The notes below the pieces were generated by a model. That model was not told where the DNA came from. It was given only the letters and a program-made list of their open reading frames with translations, and did not search any database. This document shows, piece after piece, positions 1 through 11,700 of a stretch of 64,000 nt of DNA. The stretch's first letter is position 1; every line of letters begins with the position of its first letter. Source of the stretch: Basidiobolus meristosporus CBS 931.73 (Eukaryota; Fungi; Basidiobolomycota); assembly GCA_002104905.1 (NCBI GenBank), contig MCFE01000226.1:1-64000 (forward strand), given 5' to 3'. A program made the position numbers and the translations under genes.

Positions 1-180
1 GGGTACTAGATTTTCAAACGGAGTAAAATTGGCTAAGTTTTAAATGTTGATGCACAACACCTGGCTTACCAGGAAGATATCTTTCAGACCTAGCTTTCTA
101 GGAATAACTTCAGATTACCTTAGCTTCTTTGGATACTTGTCATAAGTAAATAAAGATTTCACCACTTGGTGACTTTCCAC

Positions 181-200
181 CCCTAACCCTAACCCTAACC
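181..200 (+). repeat. Interstitial telomere-like repeat (CCCTAA)x3.3
   Basis: CCCTAACCCTAACCCTAACC read directly; flanked by non-telomeric sequence on both sides. Confidence 0.9.
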
Positions 201-209
201 TTGCAACCC

Positions 210-937
210 CTCAATTAGCTCCTCATCCAGTCAATCTGAAAATTCTCAGCAACCAGGAACTTCTACTAATTGTACTTAGACCTACTTCCAAGCACTTCAA
301 GCTCATCCAAAACCAGCTGCCCTTCCATCAAGACAGTCTCCTAAGCCAGTGCACTCTAAAGCCAGAAGAAGAATCCCTGTCAGCCCTGATACTCCTCCTA
401 CTGCCAACTGGGCTGTTTGCTATTTCAGATATGCAGGAAATCTCCCAATATCAGAACAAAGAAACTACCTCAAGGACCTAGGTATACATATGCCTAAGAT
501 TATTAACATTCAGTACATTGCCAGGGATCTCTTGGAAGTTATTCTTGACAAAGATATTGTTGAAGATTTTACAGAAGAAGTCAAAAATATGCTGGATTGG
601 GAGCCCTGAGAGCATATATTCAGACATCACTTGGACATTCCACTCTTTGTGCCATTCTCTCTGGAAAAAGAACTCCTCAAAAGATTTACCAGCTTGTTGA
701 AAAACTCTCCTTCCCTTCAAGTCACAAACTTCCTCAAGAAATACTACAGTGAACAAGCATCTTGCTACACTCTCCTCTAGACTTTGATATTGAGGATATT
801 TGGGATACAGCAAAGTCCAAGTTTATCTTGTAGGCTTCCTGCATCTCAGATATTCATATTCAAACTTGGCTTCTTTATTTATTATTTAAATAAAGATTTC
901 ACCCTTTGGTGATGATCATCCCCCTAACCCTAACCCT
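210..937 (+). mobile_element. Degenerate repeat, possibly the 3' part of a retroelement
   Basis: CpG-poor. Broken protein-like frames (349..609 WAVCYFRYAGNLP..., then EHIFRHHLDIPLF... in another frame). Ends in AATAAA-GAT-TTCACC-cttt-GGTGA followed by CCCTAA repeats; the same terminal motif is at 149-200. Family not recognised. Confidence 0.3.
922..937 (+). repeat. Telomere-like repeat (CCCTAA)x2.7 at the outer left edge of the palindrome
   Basis: CCCTAACCCTAACCCT read directly; palindrome homology starts at about 944. Confidence 0.8.
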
Positions 938-1359
938 TACTCACTTGTAATTTATTGACTCATATCCAAGTGGCCTTCCTTCTCAGTCGATGGCTGGTTT
1001 TCCTTGCTGAAATCCAAGGTCACCTGATAACGAGCTCCCGACTTCTCAGCACATAGCTTGTTGATATAAAATATCCAAGATTTGAAATGATGCGGTTGCT
1101 GAAACAAGCAAGAGGAAGGAAATCTTCGTGACAGCACGGCGGATTCCCTCATAAAATTGACAACCTTCTATACCTTACTCTATGCAACTCAAGCTACCAT
1201 TTGACTATTTATGACACCAACTTCGTGTCAGTTGAACAAGAGACATCATGCATAGCAGAAAAAAAATTGCTGCCATCCACTGGTCGATTATATATAGTCA
1301 TTTCTTGTGTAACAGAACCTGCTTAAAAATGCGGAAAAGCAAACAGAGCCGACGATAAC

Positions 1360-1625
1360 AGAAACAGAGGAAAAGGTGCTGGTAACTATAATTCTGGATG
1401 TGGCGGTACTGGCGATGAATATAGCGGTAACAGCGGTAATAGTGGTGCTGGGAACGGACGGGGTAGCAATGGTGGTCACAACGGGAATGCAGGAAACGGA
1501 GCTAGAGGCTGTAACTCTAGAAGCGGCGGTGCGGAGGATGGAGGTGCTGGCATGGAAATGGAAGTAATGGCAATGGCAGTGTCAGCGAAAGCGGGAGCTA
1601 GTTGTTCGTTTATTGGTTGAAACTA
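1360..1625 (+). other. Gly/Asn/Ser-rich low-complexity frame without a clear start (degenerate coding repeat)
   Basis: Open frame GKGAGNYNSGCGGTGDEYSGNSGNSGAGNG...MEMEVMAMAVSAKAGAS; related copies at ~3480-3695, ~18120-18215 (-) and 20385-20699 (-). Confidence 0.35.
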
Positions 1626-1764
1626 GCAAAGGCATATTTTTTTGCGTTATCCAGGCATAGGCTATTAACATGTACTTGGGCATTATGCATAGCCATCTTT
1701 GCTTCACATACCCAGTCTGGACCAAAGCCAAGTACCGGACATTCCATCAGCAGCGTTTACATGA

Positions 1765-2433
1765 CTAATAGTAACAATTCTCGTAAGGATTTATGGTAAA
1801 CGGAGCTTTGTAGCCATTTTTTGGCATCATGGGTAGCACCACACTACTGCGAAGTCCATTCCTGATCATATTTTCGGTGGCAGGGATGATTGTGTTATAT
1901 TGAGATCCAGGACCATGCGGGATCATACATACTCGCTCCCCAACACAGTTGGGCTCGCTATAGAAGCAATAAATAGCTTCAGTAGGCCAGTAAAGGACAA
2001 AGCCTCCGTTATTTTCAACGGGGTCAATGTTTGCACACTGCCTAAACTCAGGATACGTGATAGGGAAGCCACCCACGCTGCTGGCATCACTGGCTAAAGA
2101 AATTGTTGCAGTTGCGGCAACATTTCCGTTCGCATCATCGTCCTCAATAGCTGCTTGGTTGGAGGGGCTACTCCAGATCAGAAACCTTGCATCCAGCTCT
2201 GATGCCACCACGCCAGAGAACCATGCAGGGTTGCAAACAGGAAAGCCACCATATAGATTCTGCGCCTCTGCGGAGTCGTTACAAGGAGCATCAACAGGGT
2301 ACTCTTGCACAATTGGTGTGGAATTAAGTGCAGGGATCTTCCCCGTGAGGTCAAGAGTGATCCCAGTAGGCTTAGCTAAGGCAGAAGTAGCAAGCACGGT
2401 CCAAACAGCTAGGTCGACCAAACGAAGTTGCAT
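1765..2433 (-). CDS. Secreted Cys-containing protein of unknown function, 222 aa (copy 1)
   Basis: ATG at 2433 opens a signal-peptide-like MQLRLVDLAVWTVLATSALA; TATA-like element upstream; four paralogues in the window, three with intact frames; six conserved Cys. Confidence 0.8.
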   Translation of the reverse strand: MQLRLVDLAVWTVLATSALAKPTGITLDLTGKIPALNSTPIVQEYPVDAPCNDSAEAQNLYGGFPVCNPAWFSGVVASELDARFLIWSSPSNQAAIEDDDANGNVAATATISLASDASSVGGFPITYPEFRQCANIDPVENNGGFVLYWPTEAIYCFYSEPNCVGERVCMIPHGPGSQYNTIIPATENMIRNGLRSSVVLPMMPKNGYKAPFTINPYENCYY

Positions 2434-3837
2434 TTTAATCTTTGGGGTTGGGATGCTCCACAAATACACGCATATCATCTATTATATACCGATAATGCCC
2501 CACTTTCCCTTCGATTTCTGACTGATGCCATATCGCAGTGGAAAATTCCATCCTTCTGATTTTTGTCTGCTATCATTTTTCCACCTCATTCAACCAAACA
2601 CTATGTGGCAACAACATCCGGACGACACCCAGGAGCCACAATTATTCATGACAGTAGAACATTCTATTATGTTACTTAATTTAGTAATACAAGCGGGTTT
2701 TTGTCAGTGTAGCATTCTAGCTGCGTCCTATCGACCAACTTGGTGGAGATGTGTTCAACACTGCAGCACATGTAACATAAGATAGATTTACAAAAAAAAA
2801 GAAACTGACATCAAATACAAGTCATGTATCAACCTGTTCTTACAAAATGATATTTTAGCCTAGTGTGCAAGATACAAATACAGCGGATAGTCTGTATCTT
2901 TCCAAGTTTGTGAAGGATAAGCGATAATACAGTCAGTATCGGTGATGTCAATGTATAATCGTTTAGTAATTAATGGCATCAAACAATGTTGATTTTACCG
3001 TACTATCGTTACGCTGCAAGTAAGGAGTGTGAGTGGCCTCCAAGACTAAAAGCTTACCATATTTGATCTATCACTCCATACTGGGTAATCTTTTTTATGC
3101 ATCATGACCTAGAATTAATACATCCTACGCCTAGCCAGTGGTCTATTGTAATTTGGCCTCTATTTTCTTTGCCCGTAGCATTTATGTACTTCCATTTTTG
3201 CCTAAATTCGCCGATAAGGGATAAATACGGTTAGAGAATGTAGTTATCATGGGCCTTGTTTATTACTAATCCCAAGCAGCGCGATCGATTTGCGTGAACT
3301 TGTACGGGCAAATGGGGTTAGGGAAATCAGCAGATGCCAAGACCATTACTTATTTTAGGCCTTCAGGCAGGTTTCCAATCTATATCGTCATTGAGGTGTA
3401 TAGATGCTACGTGATAGCCGAGTACGCTGGTTGAACAGACACGGCGAGAAGACGATCAAACATGTGAGATCTTTGTATGGTAAAGTGGGAATGGCTATAG
3501 TATTAGTGGTAATGCGGGTGCTGGGAACGGAGTGGGTAGCAATGGTGGTCACAACGGGAATGCAGGAAACGGAGCTAGAGGCTGTAACTCTAGAAGCGGC
3601 GGTACGGAGGATGGAGGTGCTGGCATGGAAATGGAAGTAATGGCAATGGCAGTGTCAGCGAAAGCGGGAGCTAGTTGTTCGTTTATTGGTTGAAACTAGC
3701 AAAGGCATATTTTTTTGCGTTATCCAGGCATAGGCTATTAACATGTACTTGGGCATTATGCATAGCCATCTTTGCTTCACATACCCAGTCTGGACCAAAG
3801 CCAAGTACCGGACATTCCATCAGCAGCGTTTACATGA

Positions 3838-4461
3838 CTAATAGTAACAATTCTCGTAAGGATTTATGGTAAACGGAGCTTTGTAGCCATTTTTTGGCAT
3901 CATGGGTAGCACCACACTACTGCGAAGTCCATTCCTGATCATATTTTCGTGGCAGGGATGATTGTGTTATATTGAGATCTAGGACCATGAGGGATCATAC
4001 ACACTCGTTATCCAACACAGTTGGGCTCGCTATAGAAGCAATAAATAGCTTCAGTAGGCCAGTAAAGGACAAAGCCTCCGTTATTTTCAACGGGGTCAAT
4101 GTTTGCGCACTGCCTAAACTCAGGATATGTGATGGGGAAGCCATCCACACCGCTGACATCACCGGTCAAAGAAATTGGCGCAGTTGCGGCAACAGTTTCG
4201 TTGACGTCGTTGTCTTCAATGGCTGCTTGGTTGGCGGGGCTACTCCAGATCAGAAACTTTGCATCCAGCTCTGATGCCACCACCCCGGAGAACCACGCAG
4301 GATTACAAACAGGAAAGCCACCATATAGATTCTGCGCCTCTGCGGAGTCGTTACAAGGAGCATCAATAGGGTACTCTTGCACAATCGGTGTGGAAGTAAG
4401 TGCAGGAATCAGAAGTAGCAAGTACGGTCCAAACAGCTAGGTCGGTCAAGCGAAGTTGCAT
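3838..4461 (-). pseudogene. Pseudogene of the 222-aa secreted protein (copy 2)
   Basis: Versus copy 1: ~44-bp frameshifting deletion near 4410, GAG>TAA at 4008-4010 and a 1-bp deletion near 3949. Confidence 0.85.
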
Positions 4462-7400
4462 ATTAGTCTTTGGGGTTGGGATGCTCCATAAATACGCGCG
4501 TATCATCAATTATATACCAATGATGCTCCTGTTTCGCTCCGTTGTCTGACTGATGCCTTATCGCAGTGGAAAATTCCATCCGTCTGATTTTTGCTTGCTA
4601 TCATTTTTCCACCTCATTCCACCAAACACTAGGTGGCAACGGCATCTTGACGACACCCAGGATCCACAGAATTATTCATGACAATAGAATATTCTATTAC
4701 GTTACTCAATTTAGTAATACAAGCGGGTTTTTGTCAGTATGGCATTCTAGCTGCTATCTACCGACCAACTTGGTGGAGGGATGTTCAATACTGCAGCACA
4801 TGTCACATACGAGAGATTTACCACAGGGGCGAGAGAAAAAGTTGATATCACTTGAGAGGCCGAGTGAGGTATATCCTTGTCATGTATCCACTCGATCCTA
4901 CAAAACTGACCCGGTGTGCAAAATGCAAATTTTTTTGTGATAGGCCCAAGGATGAGCGATAATGCGGCCAGTGTAGAATTATTTGGTATGTGAGGAGATC
5001 ACACAATATGGATATTGATGCACCATTCGAGTTGTGCATTATTAGCCTTGAATGCTGCCTTCTGAGCCTCATGTTATGGATAGCCGCAGTAAGGAGTATG
5101 GATGGCCTCTTTTTATTCATAGAATCATTTTATCCTGCGCCTAGCCAGTCGTCTATTTTAATTTGGCTTCTATTTTCATTGCCGGTAATGCTTGTAGGTA
5201 CCTCCGTTTTTGACGAAATCCGTATGTCAGCCAGATTTTGATGCTCATATTGCCACTGCAGTGAGGCATAAAAAACGCCTTGTCTTAAGTCGAAGTATTT
5301 TGCTAGAATATGGGAGAAAACTAAACACACCAAGAGCTGCTGTTAAGTATGGCTTCTCAGGGAGATATGGGGTAATACAACAGAATCAGTAAAAGGTAAA
5401 CTTGCCCAGTCTAGTATAATACTCTTTTGTTAGTTTGGGAGGAGGCAAAGCCTCAATGCTGTACAGAAAAATTGTTTAAGAAACTCTATTCTGGATGGTA
5501 ATTTAGATACAGTAATCACTCCCATAAGCATGTGAGGTGCTCAGATGAAAAGTACTATTCTGTTCCGTAAATGCGTCATTGTGATGAAGTCTTCAGTGAG
5601 GGTAGGAGGGTAATAATCACCAACAGGTGAAATCTTTATTTCAATGACTCATAATAGAGAAGCAAAATGCTACACGGGTAGCTTTATAACAAGTGAACAA
5701 AGAGAAGGATCATTTGCGATAGCTTATATAAGTGGCCACTAAGCTGAGCAGGAGTCGTGAAAGGGTTAAGTGGCCGTGGAGGTATAATTGAAGGAAGTAG
5801 TGGCTTATTGAGAAGTACTAATGATATTCCATCCAACAGTGTCATTATCCGCTACATCGGTGATGGCCTGTCAAGGTTGACTGCCGCGTGATAAACAGAA
5901 TCTGTTGACCAACATCGAGTTGAATAGCCTCTCAATTGCAGTTGTAAATACCGACACCTTCTTCCGAATCGTTTTCTGGATCGAATTCTATGAATGAAAT
6001 ACTGTCTTGTGGACTACGTTGCCGGATGTGGAATCATGCCTCGGATGGTACTGAATTCATTTCGACCACATCAATTCAGCTTTTTATTGTGCAGATAGCA
6101 ACAGGAAGGTATCGTACACACATAGCAAAGTACTGATGCTGCTAAGTGTACATTTCATTCGATAGCAACGGTGTGGATACTAACTTGGACATGGCTTAGT
6201 GCTCCATGCGATCGGTTATAGCTTAAGCCATACACATTAAGCGGTTCTAAATCGGTAATGCTGTGAAGATTTTTCTTTCGATTCCTTTTGACGCGACTCA
6301 GTAACACGGTGTAAATAAGTGTATATTAAAAGAAATAAGTACCTGACCCAGTACCTATTTGAGCTATATATATACATATCAACATTCAGTGATGCACTCG
6401 AAAGGGCTCTACAAGTGGCGTTAGATGAATTTTTTTCCAAATTTTCTTACTGTATATTCGTCCATGTATCAACAAATCGATCGACGTATACTTGTCATCT
6501 ACGAATAGAAGTAGCCGTAGCAGGTAACGAAACCTCCAGGATTCGATTGAACGGCTCGTAAAGGATTATCATTAGCGGCAATTCTATACAGCCATTCACC
6601 CACACTGACTTTCGTTTAGAAGACGAAATGGACCTTAGACTCGGCTCTCAGGTATATGAAGCCTATATTAGCTCTCATGAAGTCCAAGAATCTATTGTGC
6701 GCCACGGTTACCAAGAATATACATTCTTTCCAATAGATTTACGATTAAACCTCTGTACAATGAAGGTTTTTATTGCTGGAAAGGCTTACAATTGGCCTAT
6801 TACAACCTTTTGAGCACCAATAAAGATCCCTGTTGGATGACTTAGTACAGGCAAAATTTCGTGGTAGCTTTGTTACTTACTTCGGACAGTAATCATGATG
6901 AAATACGGGTGATAATCCATCTCAAGCAACGAACGCACATCCTGTAAGCTGCCATGATAATTGTTTTACTGACGTAAAGACTGTCCAAACCAATTTTCAA
7001 GAGCGATTCTGGAAGCCCAGACCAAAATGCATGCTCAAGGTGGGTAAAGATATTGTCTACACTACCTCAATTTTCAAGGAGAGGCATGATGCCGAGTCTG
7101 AGTCAGCGGGCATCGAAGCCACCAGCCATATCATTTCCATCAATCGGCAATCGAGATATCCGACGCGGAACATGTGGTAACCAGTTACCGAATTGAGTGG
7201 TGATACATGGAAACTTGTGATAATATTCAAGTCAAACTACAAATAGAAGCGTTTCAATGGGCACGTTTTATCATCCGAAGGATATACTAACCACATATGC
7301 ATGCCATATTTTTCATAAAATCGACTACAATGCACCCTGAGACCAATCAACTTAAATCCAGCTAGTCGGGAGTGATACACGATATAATCTCAAATACCAT

Positions 7401-7759
7401 CTTAGGGCCAAGTAGTTGATCAAAAACCCGATCCGGAAATAGTACAGAGATCTACACAAACTTTGGTGGTCATTGGCTGGTTCCAAATTTATTTGGCGCA
7501 CTATGGAACCCAGAAAGTCAACTAAAACACCCATATTTGGCAATGATGGAAATAACGACCAGGCCTTCAATTGCCAATATCAGACAGAAAATGTGATCTA
7601 ACCAGCACAGGCTAAAACGCCGCTCATAAAAAGTTTGATCGTAATTGTCGGTGCAACACGTGATACCTGAATTTATTGATGGTAGTTCGCAAAAACGGTG
7701 TAAACGCATTACACCTGGTGACGAGCAACACGAGAGTGCTGAACATGTAAAGGGCACAA

Positions 7760-8752
7760 TTACTGTGCCTTTGCGGTCTTCTTGACTTCGAACCGGCGGT
7801 TGGTTGCAGGGGCATCATATTCCAGTTTAGTGGAGCCTTTACAGTAAGCATCAGTGGTGCCACAGTAGCCATAGCTGGAGCAGCAGTAGCCAGGTTGGCA
7901 CTGACGCATCACATCTCCAAACCAGCCACAACGTCTATCAGTTTGATTTGCAACAACAATGTCTATTCCCAAATTATTGGGATCGTATGGATACCACTGC
8001 CATTGTATGGGTTTGTTGTTATATCCATCGTAGCCAGCCGGGCCGTTGATAGACATCCAGATAGCCGTTTTATTATCTGCGAAGCCTGCACCCCATGTGC
8101 CGTCGGGACCAGGATATGTATAAGATATTGAGCCACCTAGCGAGGGGTACCAATACTTGCTGCCATTATGTTTGTAGGCTTGTTTACTCCAAACGCCCAC
8201 GCGCATTCCATTGTCGAGTCCCTGGGGATTTTCGAGAAATTGGTCGAAGCGGCCAAGACCATTGCTTAGGTTGTCGTTGATAACCCGCAGTTTACCAAAT
8301 AGCATCCATTCGTCATCAATACGTAGTTGGGCTGTGTAGATCAAATAATCACCATCCTCCTCGTAATCAATCTGGAAGCCGTAATCCACTCCATCAAGCC
8401 ATGGATAGAAGTACTGCATGTGGGACCCAGTGCCCTCGTGACCAAAGCGACTAGTCACACACTCCTTGCATGTCTCCACTACGGTTGCTCGTCCTTTGGA
8501 GTTGTCCCAGAGAGAGAAGAGGAATACACGTTTTTCGGCCCATGTCTGCATTCCCATATATCCGTTGTTCCAGCCGATGGCCTCCCAGTAAGTTTGGTTG
8601 GGACTAAATTCAGGAACAGACCTAACGTCAGTCTGAAAGGAGATAAACTTCTTCCCATCATCGGGGAGACTGGCATGGTTGTGCATTGCCTGCGAGAGCA
8701 CCTTTGCTGCGAACAGCCAGGTAAGCGAGAGGAAAAGGGTTGGAAGCTGCAT
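7760..8752 (-). CDS. Secreted DUF3472-like domain + C-terminal hevein/CBM18 chitin-binding domain, 330 aa (copy 1)
   Basis: Signal peptide MQLPTLFLSLTWLFAAKVLS. GYMGMQ...VFLFSLW...FGHEGTG...YPW...QFLEN motifs recalled as DUF3472. CGxxxxxxxCxxGYCCSSYGYCGTTDAYC is a hevein-like CBM18 signature. Single ORF. Confidence 0.8.
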   Translation of the reverse strand: MQLPTLFLSLTWLFAAKVLSQAMHNHASLPDDGKKFISFQTDVRSVPEFSPNQTYWEAIGWNNGYMGMQTWAEKRVFLFSLWDNSKGRATVVETCKECVTSRFGHEGTGSHMQYFYPWLDGVDYGFQIDYEEDGDYLIYTAQLRIDDEWMLFGKLRVINDNLSNGLGRFDQFLENPQGLDNGMRVGVWSKQAYKHNGSKYWYPSLGGSISYTYPGPDGTWGAGFADNKTAIWMSINGPAGYDGYNNKPIQWQWYPYDPNNLGIDIVVANQTDRRCGWFGDVMRQCQPGYCCSSYGYCGTTDAYCKGSTKLEYDAPATNRRFEVKKTAKAQ

Positions 8753-11700
8753 GATATTCCACCGAAACATGGAACTCGACCATGCTTATAAAGCAGTTCC
8801 ATTTTGCCAACACAAAGATCACTTTTCATTACAAATTATGAAAACAAGCAGAGATTTCACCCTGATTTAGTAGTGGATGATTGTGCTCTACTATTGTGGC
8901 AACTCGGGTAGTTGAGTACCACTTAGTATGAAATGAACGGATCCTCAATGGTGATCCACGGATAAATAACATCGTTGATGATGGTTTCATGCGGCTTATA
9001 GAAGATTCCAAAACTAAGGATATCTTACATACTGGTCTTGATAAATGGCGGTCCAAGGAAGGATTATCTGAATACGGATGTAGCGGCTCCTACAGTGCAC
9101 ACATGACGCATTAGTATACAGTCAGTGAACCTAGAGTGTTCTATCATAGCGCGAGGAATTCGGAACTACAATAATGGCATAGGCTATAAGCAGTAACTTG
9201 TGCACAACCCTCTTTCTTCTCAGCAATTGTGAAGCTCGGAAGAGGCTATGCCAACACCACAGCCATCGAGGGTCAAATCCAACGCTTCAGTTAGGAAATA
9301 TAGACATTCTTCACCATGCGCCAAGGAGCACGAGCATGGCGAGACAGTTTGCCAAAAATAAGTTGCAATGTACGCGCTGCTCCAGAACGTCAACGCAATC
9401 TAGCATACCCACTAATAATGATCAGTGTCTAAAATGCAGTGGCGATAGCTTGTCCACTGCTCATTTCACAAATTACTCACACATTTGGAATATAGCTTAA
9501 CCATACCTCAGGTGATATTTCAGCGTTCCTCGTGTATCATACCTTCATAGACACTCTCATAGAACTTCATAGTATCCGGGTGTATAAGGTTAAGGTTCCG
9601 ATTGCTTGACTTAATAAATGTTCCGATTAAGGTTAGTTCAATGTGGCCAATAGATTACCTAAAATAATCTTTGTCGAGATTCCGATTTAGAGTTAGCATT
9701 ATGTTTCAGTAAGGAGCTGAGCATCATGGAAAATCACACTAAACTCCATTTTTGACCAAGCCGATAAACACATAGATTTCCCTTTTCTGAAAGTATCATT
9801 CGATTTGGTTGATGCAACCAGGGTCTGATTGATGGACAACAAATATGTGATGGGGGATCAATGGGTCATGCAAGATGGTGGTATCAGCGGGCTGGCCAAG
9901 CCTATTGGTTGTGCCAAAATTTTACTTATATGGAAAACCCCACTTAAAAATATGGCTTAGGGGCTAGTCGGAATACTTAGAAAGATAAACATTTGCGCAG
10001 GCCCAACATACTCCCCATTTCCAGGGCTTTGTGTCAGACCTTGTATCAGCTTCTTATCCCGTCCGAAGTAAGTCTGGAAAATACCAAAATTTACCGGATT
10101 GATTGAACTGGAACGACATGACTTATTATCAACAATCGACACACAATCACTCATTGGGCAACTGGAATACCGAGGTCATTGTTCCGTGCTTCAGGTGCAC
10201 GTACGCGGCCAATCATTATTAGCATCAATAGAGGGGAAAGTTAAGATGCAGGCATTCTGGTAACAGTCAGGGGAGGGAAAGCCACCAGTATGGTGAGATC
10301 CTTATCTTACTAAGTAGGTACAAAGTTACCAAGGCTAAAGTAAAGAAGGCCGCAAAGATTAATTGAATATCATTAGTAAATAGTCTAACTTGAGCTTTGT
10401 TTCTTGGGTGATATTGCACTGAATTATATGAGGTTACTCTCAGGAGAAGAGAAAATCAAAGTGCGTTGGGAAATTACATATTATAAATGCATTTTTCTAT
10501 AGAATAAATAATACAGTTTGGGCTTTTCTGCTCTCAGTAACTTTACAGCTAGAACAGTAACTGGCACAAAGTCGGCAAAGATATGCCAGCATGAAATCTT
10601 GTGGGAGCGCTACTTAGCGCTAGGAAGGAGGAAAAGTCAATAAGAGTTGGTGAGATCTATATTTGCAGTCAAAAATATGGCAAAAAATTAAGCCGGTAGG
10701 GATGTACATCTTATGGTGAGAATTTTAGTGCTTTTACAGGATGACAACAGTACATAGTTTAACACAGAAGCTCTAGAAATAGATACTGGTTGTAACACAG
10801 CTGGAGCAAGTAAGAATAATAGCTGCAAGCCATTTGAGTAAGTGGCTTCATTCAATTCAGGGCAACGTAACCAAGAAACAAAGTTCTAGATTGCTTACTT
10901 GGGATGGTGAGTAACACTTTCCTGGCTTCCTTACCTTAGCTTTAGTAGTTTTGTACATACTGAGTGAGATAAAGATCTCACTATACTGGTGGCTTTCCCT
11001 CACCTGGCCATTACCACAATGCCCGCATCCTAACTTTTCTCTTTATTAATATTGATAATGATTGGCCACATACTTACGCCCCGAAGCACTAAACAGTGGC
11101 TTCAGTATCCCAATTGCCCAATGAGTTTGCTGAATGTTGGTCATAAGTCATGTTGTTCCAGTTCAATCAATCCGGGAAATTTTGGTATTTTCCAGATTTA
11201 CTTCTGACGGAACAGGAAGCTGATGCAAGATCTGTCACGAAGCCCTGGAAATGGGGAGTATGTCGGGTCTGCGCAAATGTTTATCTTTCAAAGTGTTCCG
11301 ACGAGCCCCTAAGCCATATTTTTAAGTGGGGTTTTCCATATAAGCAAACCTTTGGCAAGATCAAAAGGCTTGGCCAGCCCGCAGATACCTCTATCTCGCA
11401 TCACCTATCAATCCTCCATCCCACATTTGTCGACCACCAATCGGACCCTGGTTGCATCAACCAAATCAAATGATACTTTCAGAAAAGGGAAATCTATGTG
11501 TTTATCGGCTTGGTCAAAAATGGAGTTTAGTGTGATTTTCCATGATGCTCAGCTCCTTACTGAAACATAATGCTAACTCTAAATCGGAATCTCGACAAAG
11601 ATTATTTTAGGTAATCTATTGGCCACATTGAACTAACCTTAATCGGAACATTTATTAAGTCAAGCAATCGGAACCTTAACCTTATACACCCGGATACTAT

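Larger units (their letters stand above)
1500..5200. repeat. Tandem duplication (~2.07 kb period) within left arm
   Basis: 1500-1900 is nearly identical to 3573-3970 (ORFs 1602..1799 and 3675..3872 translate identically); 2525-2760 is similar to 4555-4800. Confidence 0.85.
944..10430 (-). repeat. Left arm of ~20 kb inverted duplication (palindrome)
   Basis: Reverse complement aligns by eye to 10850-21104 throughout: 7760/8752 pair with 13526/12534 (coordinate sum 21286), ~4560 with ~16975, and 970-1380 with 20700-21080. Boundaries are approximate. Confidence 0.9.

Noticed and set aside
181-200. True chromosome end
   Set aside because: Only about three repeats, with ordinary sequence on both sides.
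2027-2521. Antisense ORFs over the 222-aa genes (also 4099..4440, 16986..17480, 19060..19686)
   Set aside because: Shadow frames of the real gene; lengths vary among copies and there are no protein-like features.
4566-7570. Short ORFs in the arm interiors and their mirrors at 14084-16969
   Set aside because: Frames are not preserved between the two arms and no motifs are recognisable.
8327-8829. ORFs overlapping the DUF3472-CBM18 genes
   Set aside because: Alternative or antisense frames, conserved only because the DNA is duplicated.
10606-10621. Small hairpin AGCGCTA-CT-TAGCGCT near the palindrome centre
   Set aside because: A 7-bp stem with a 2-nt loop can arise by chance; no other support.
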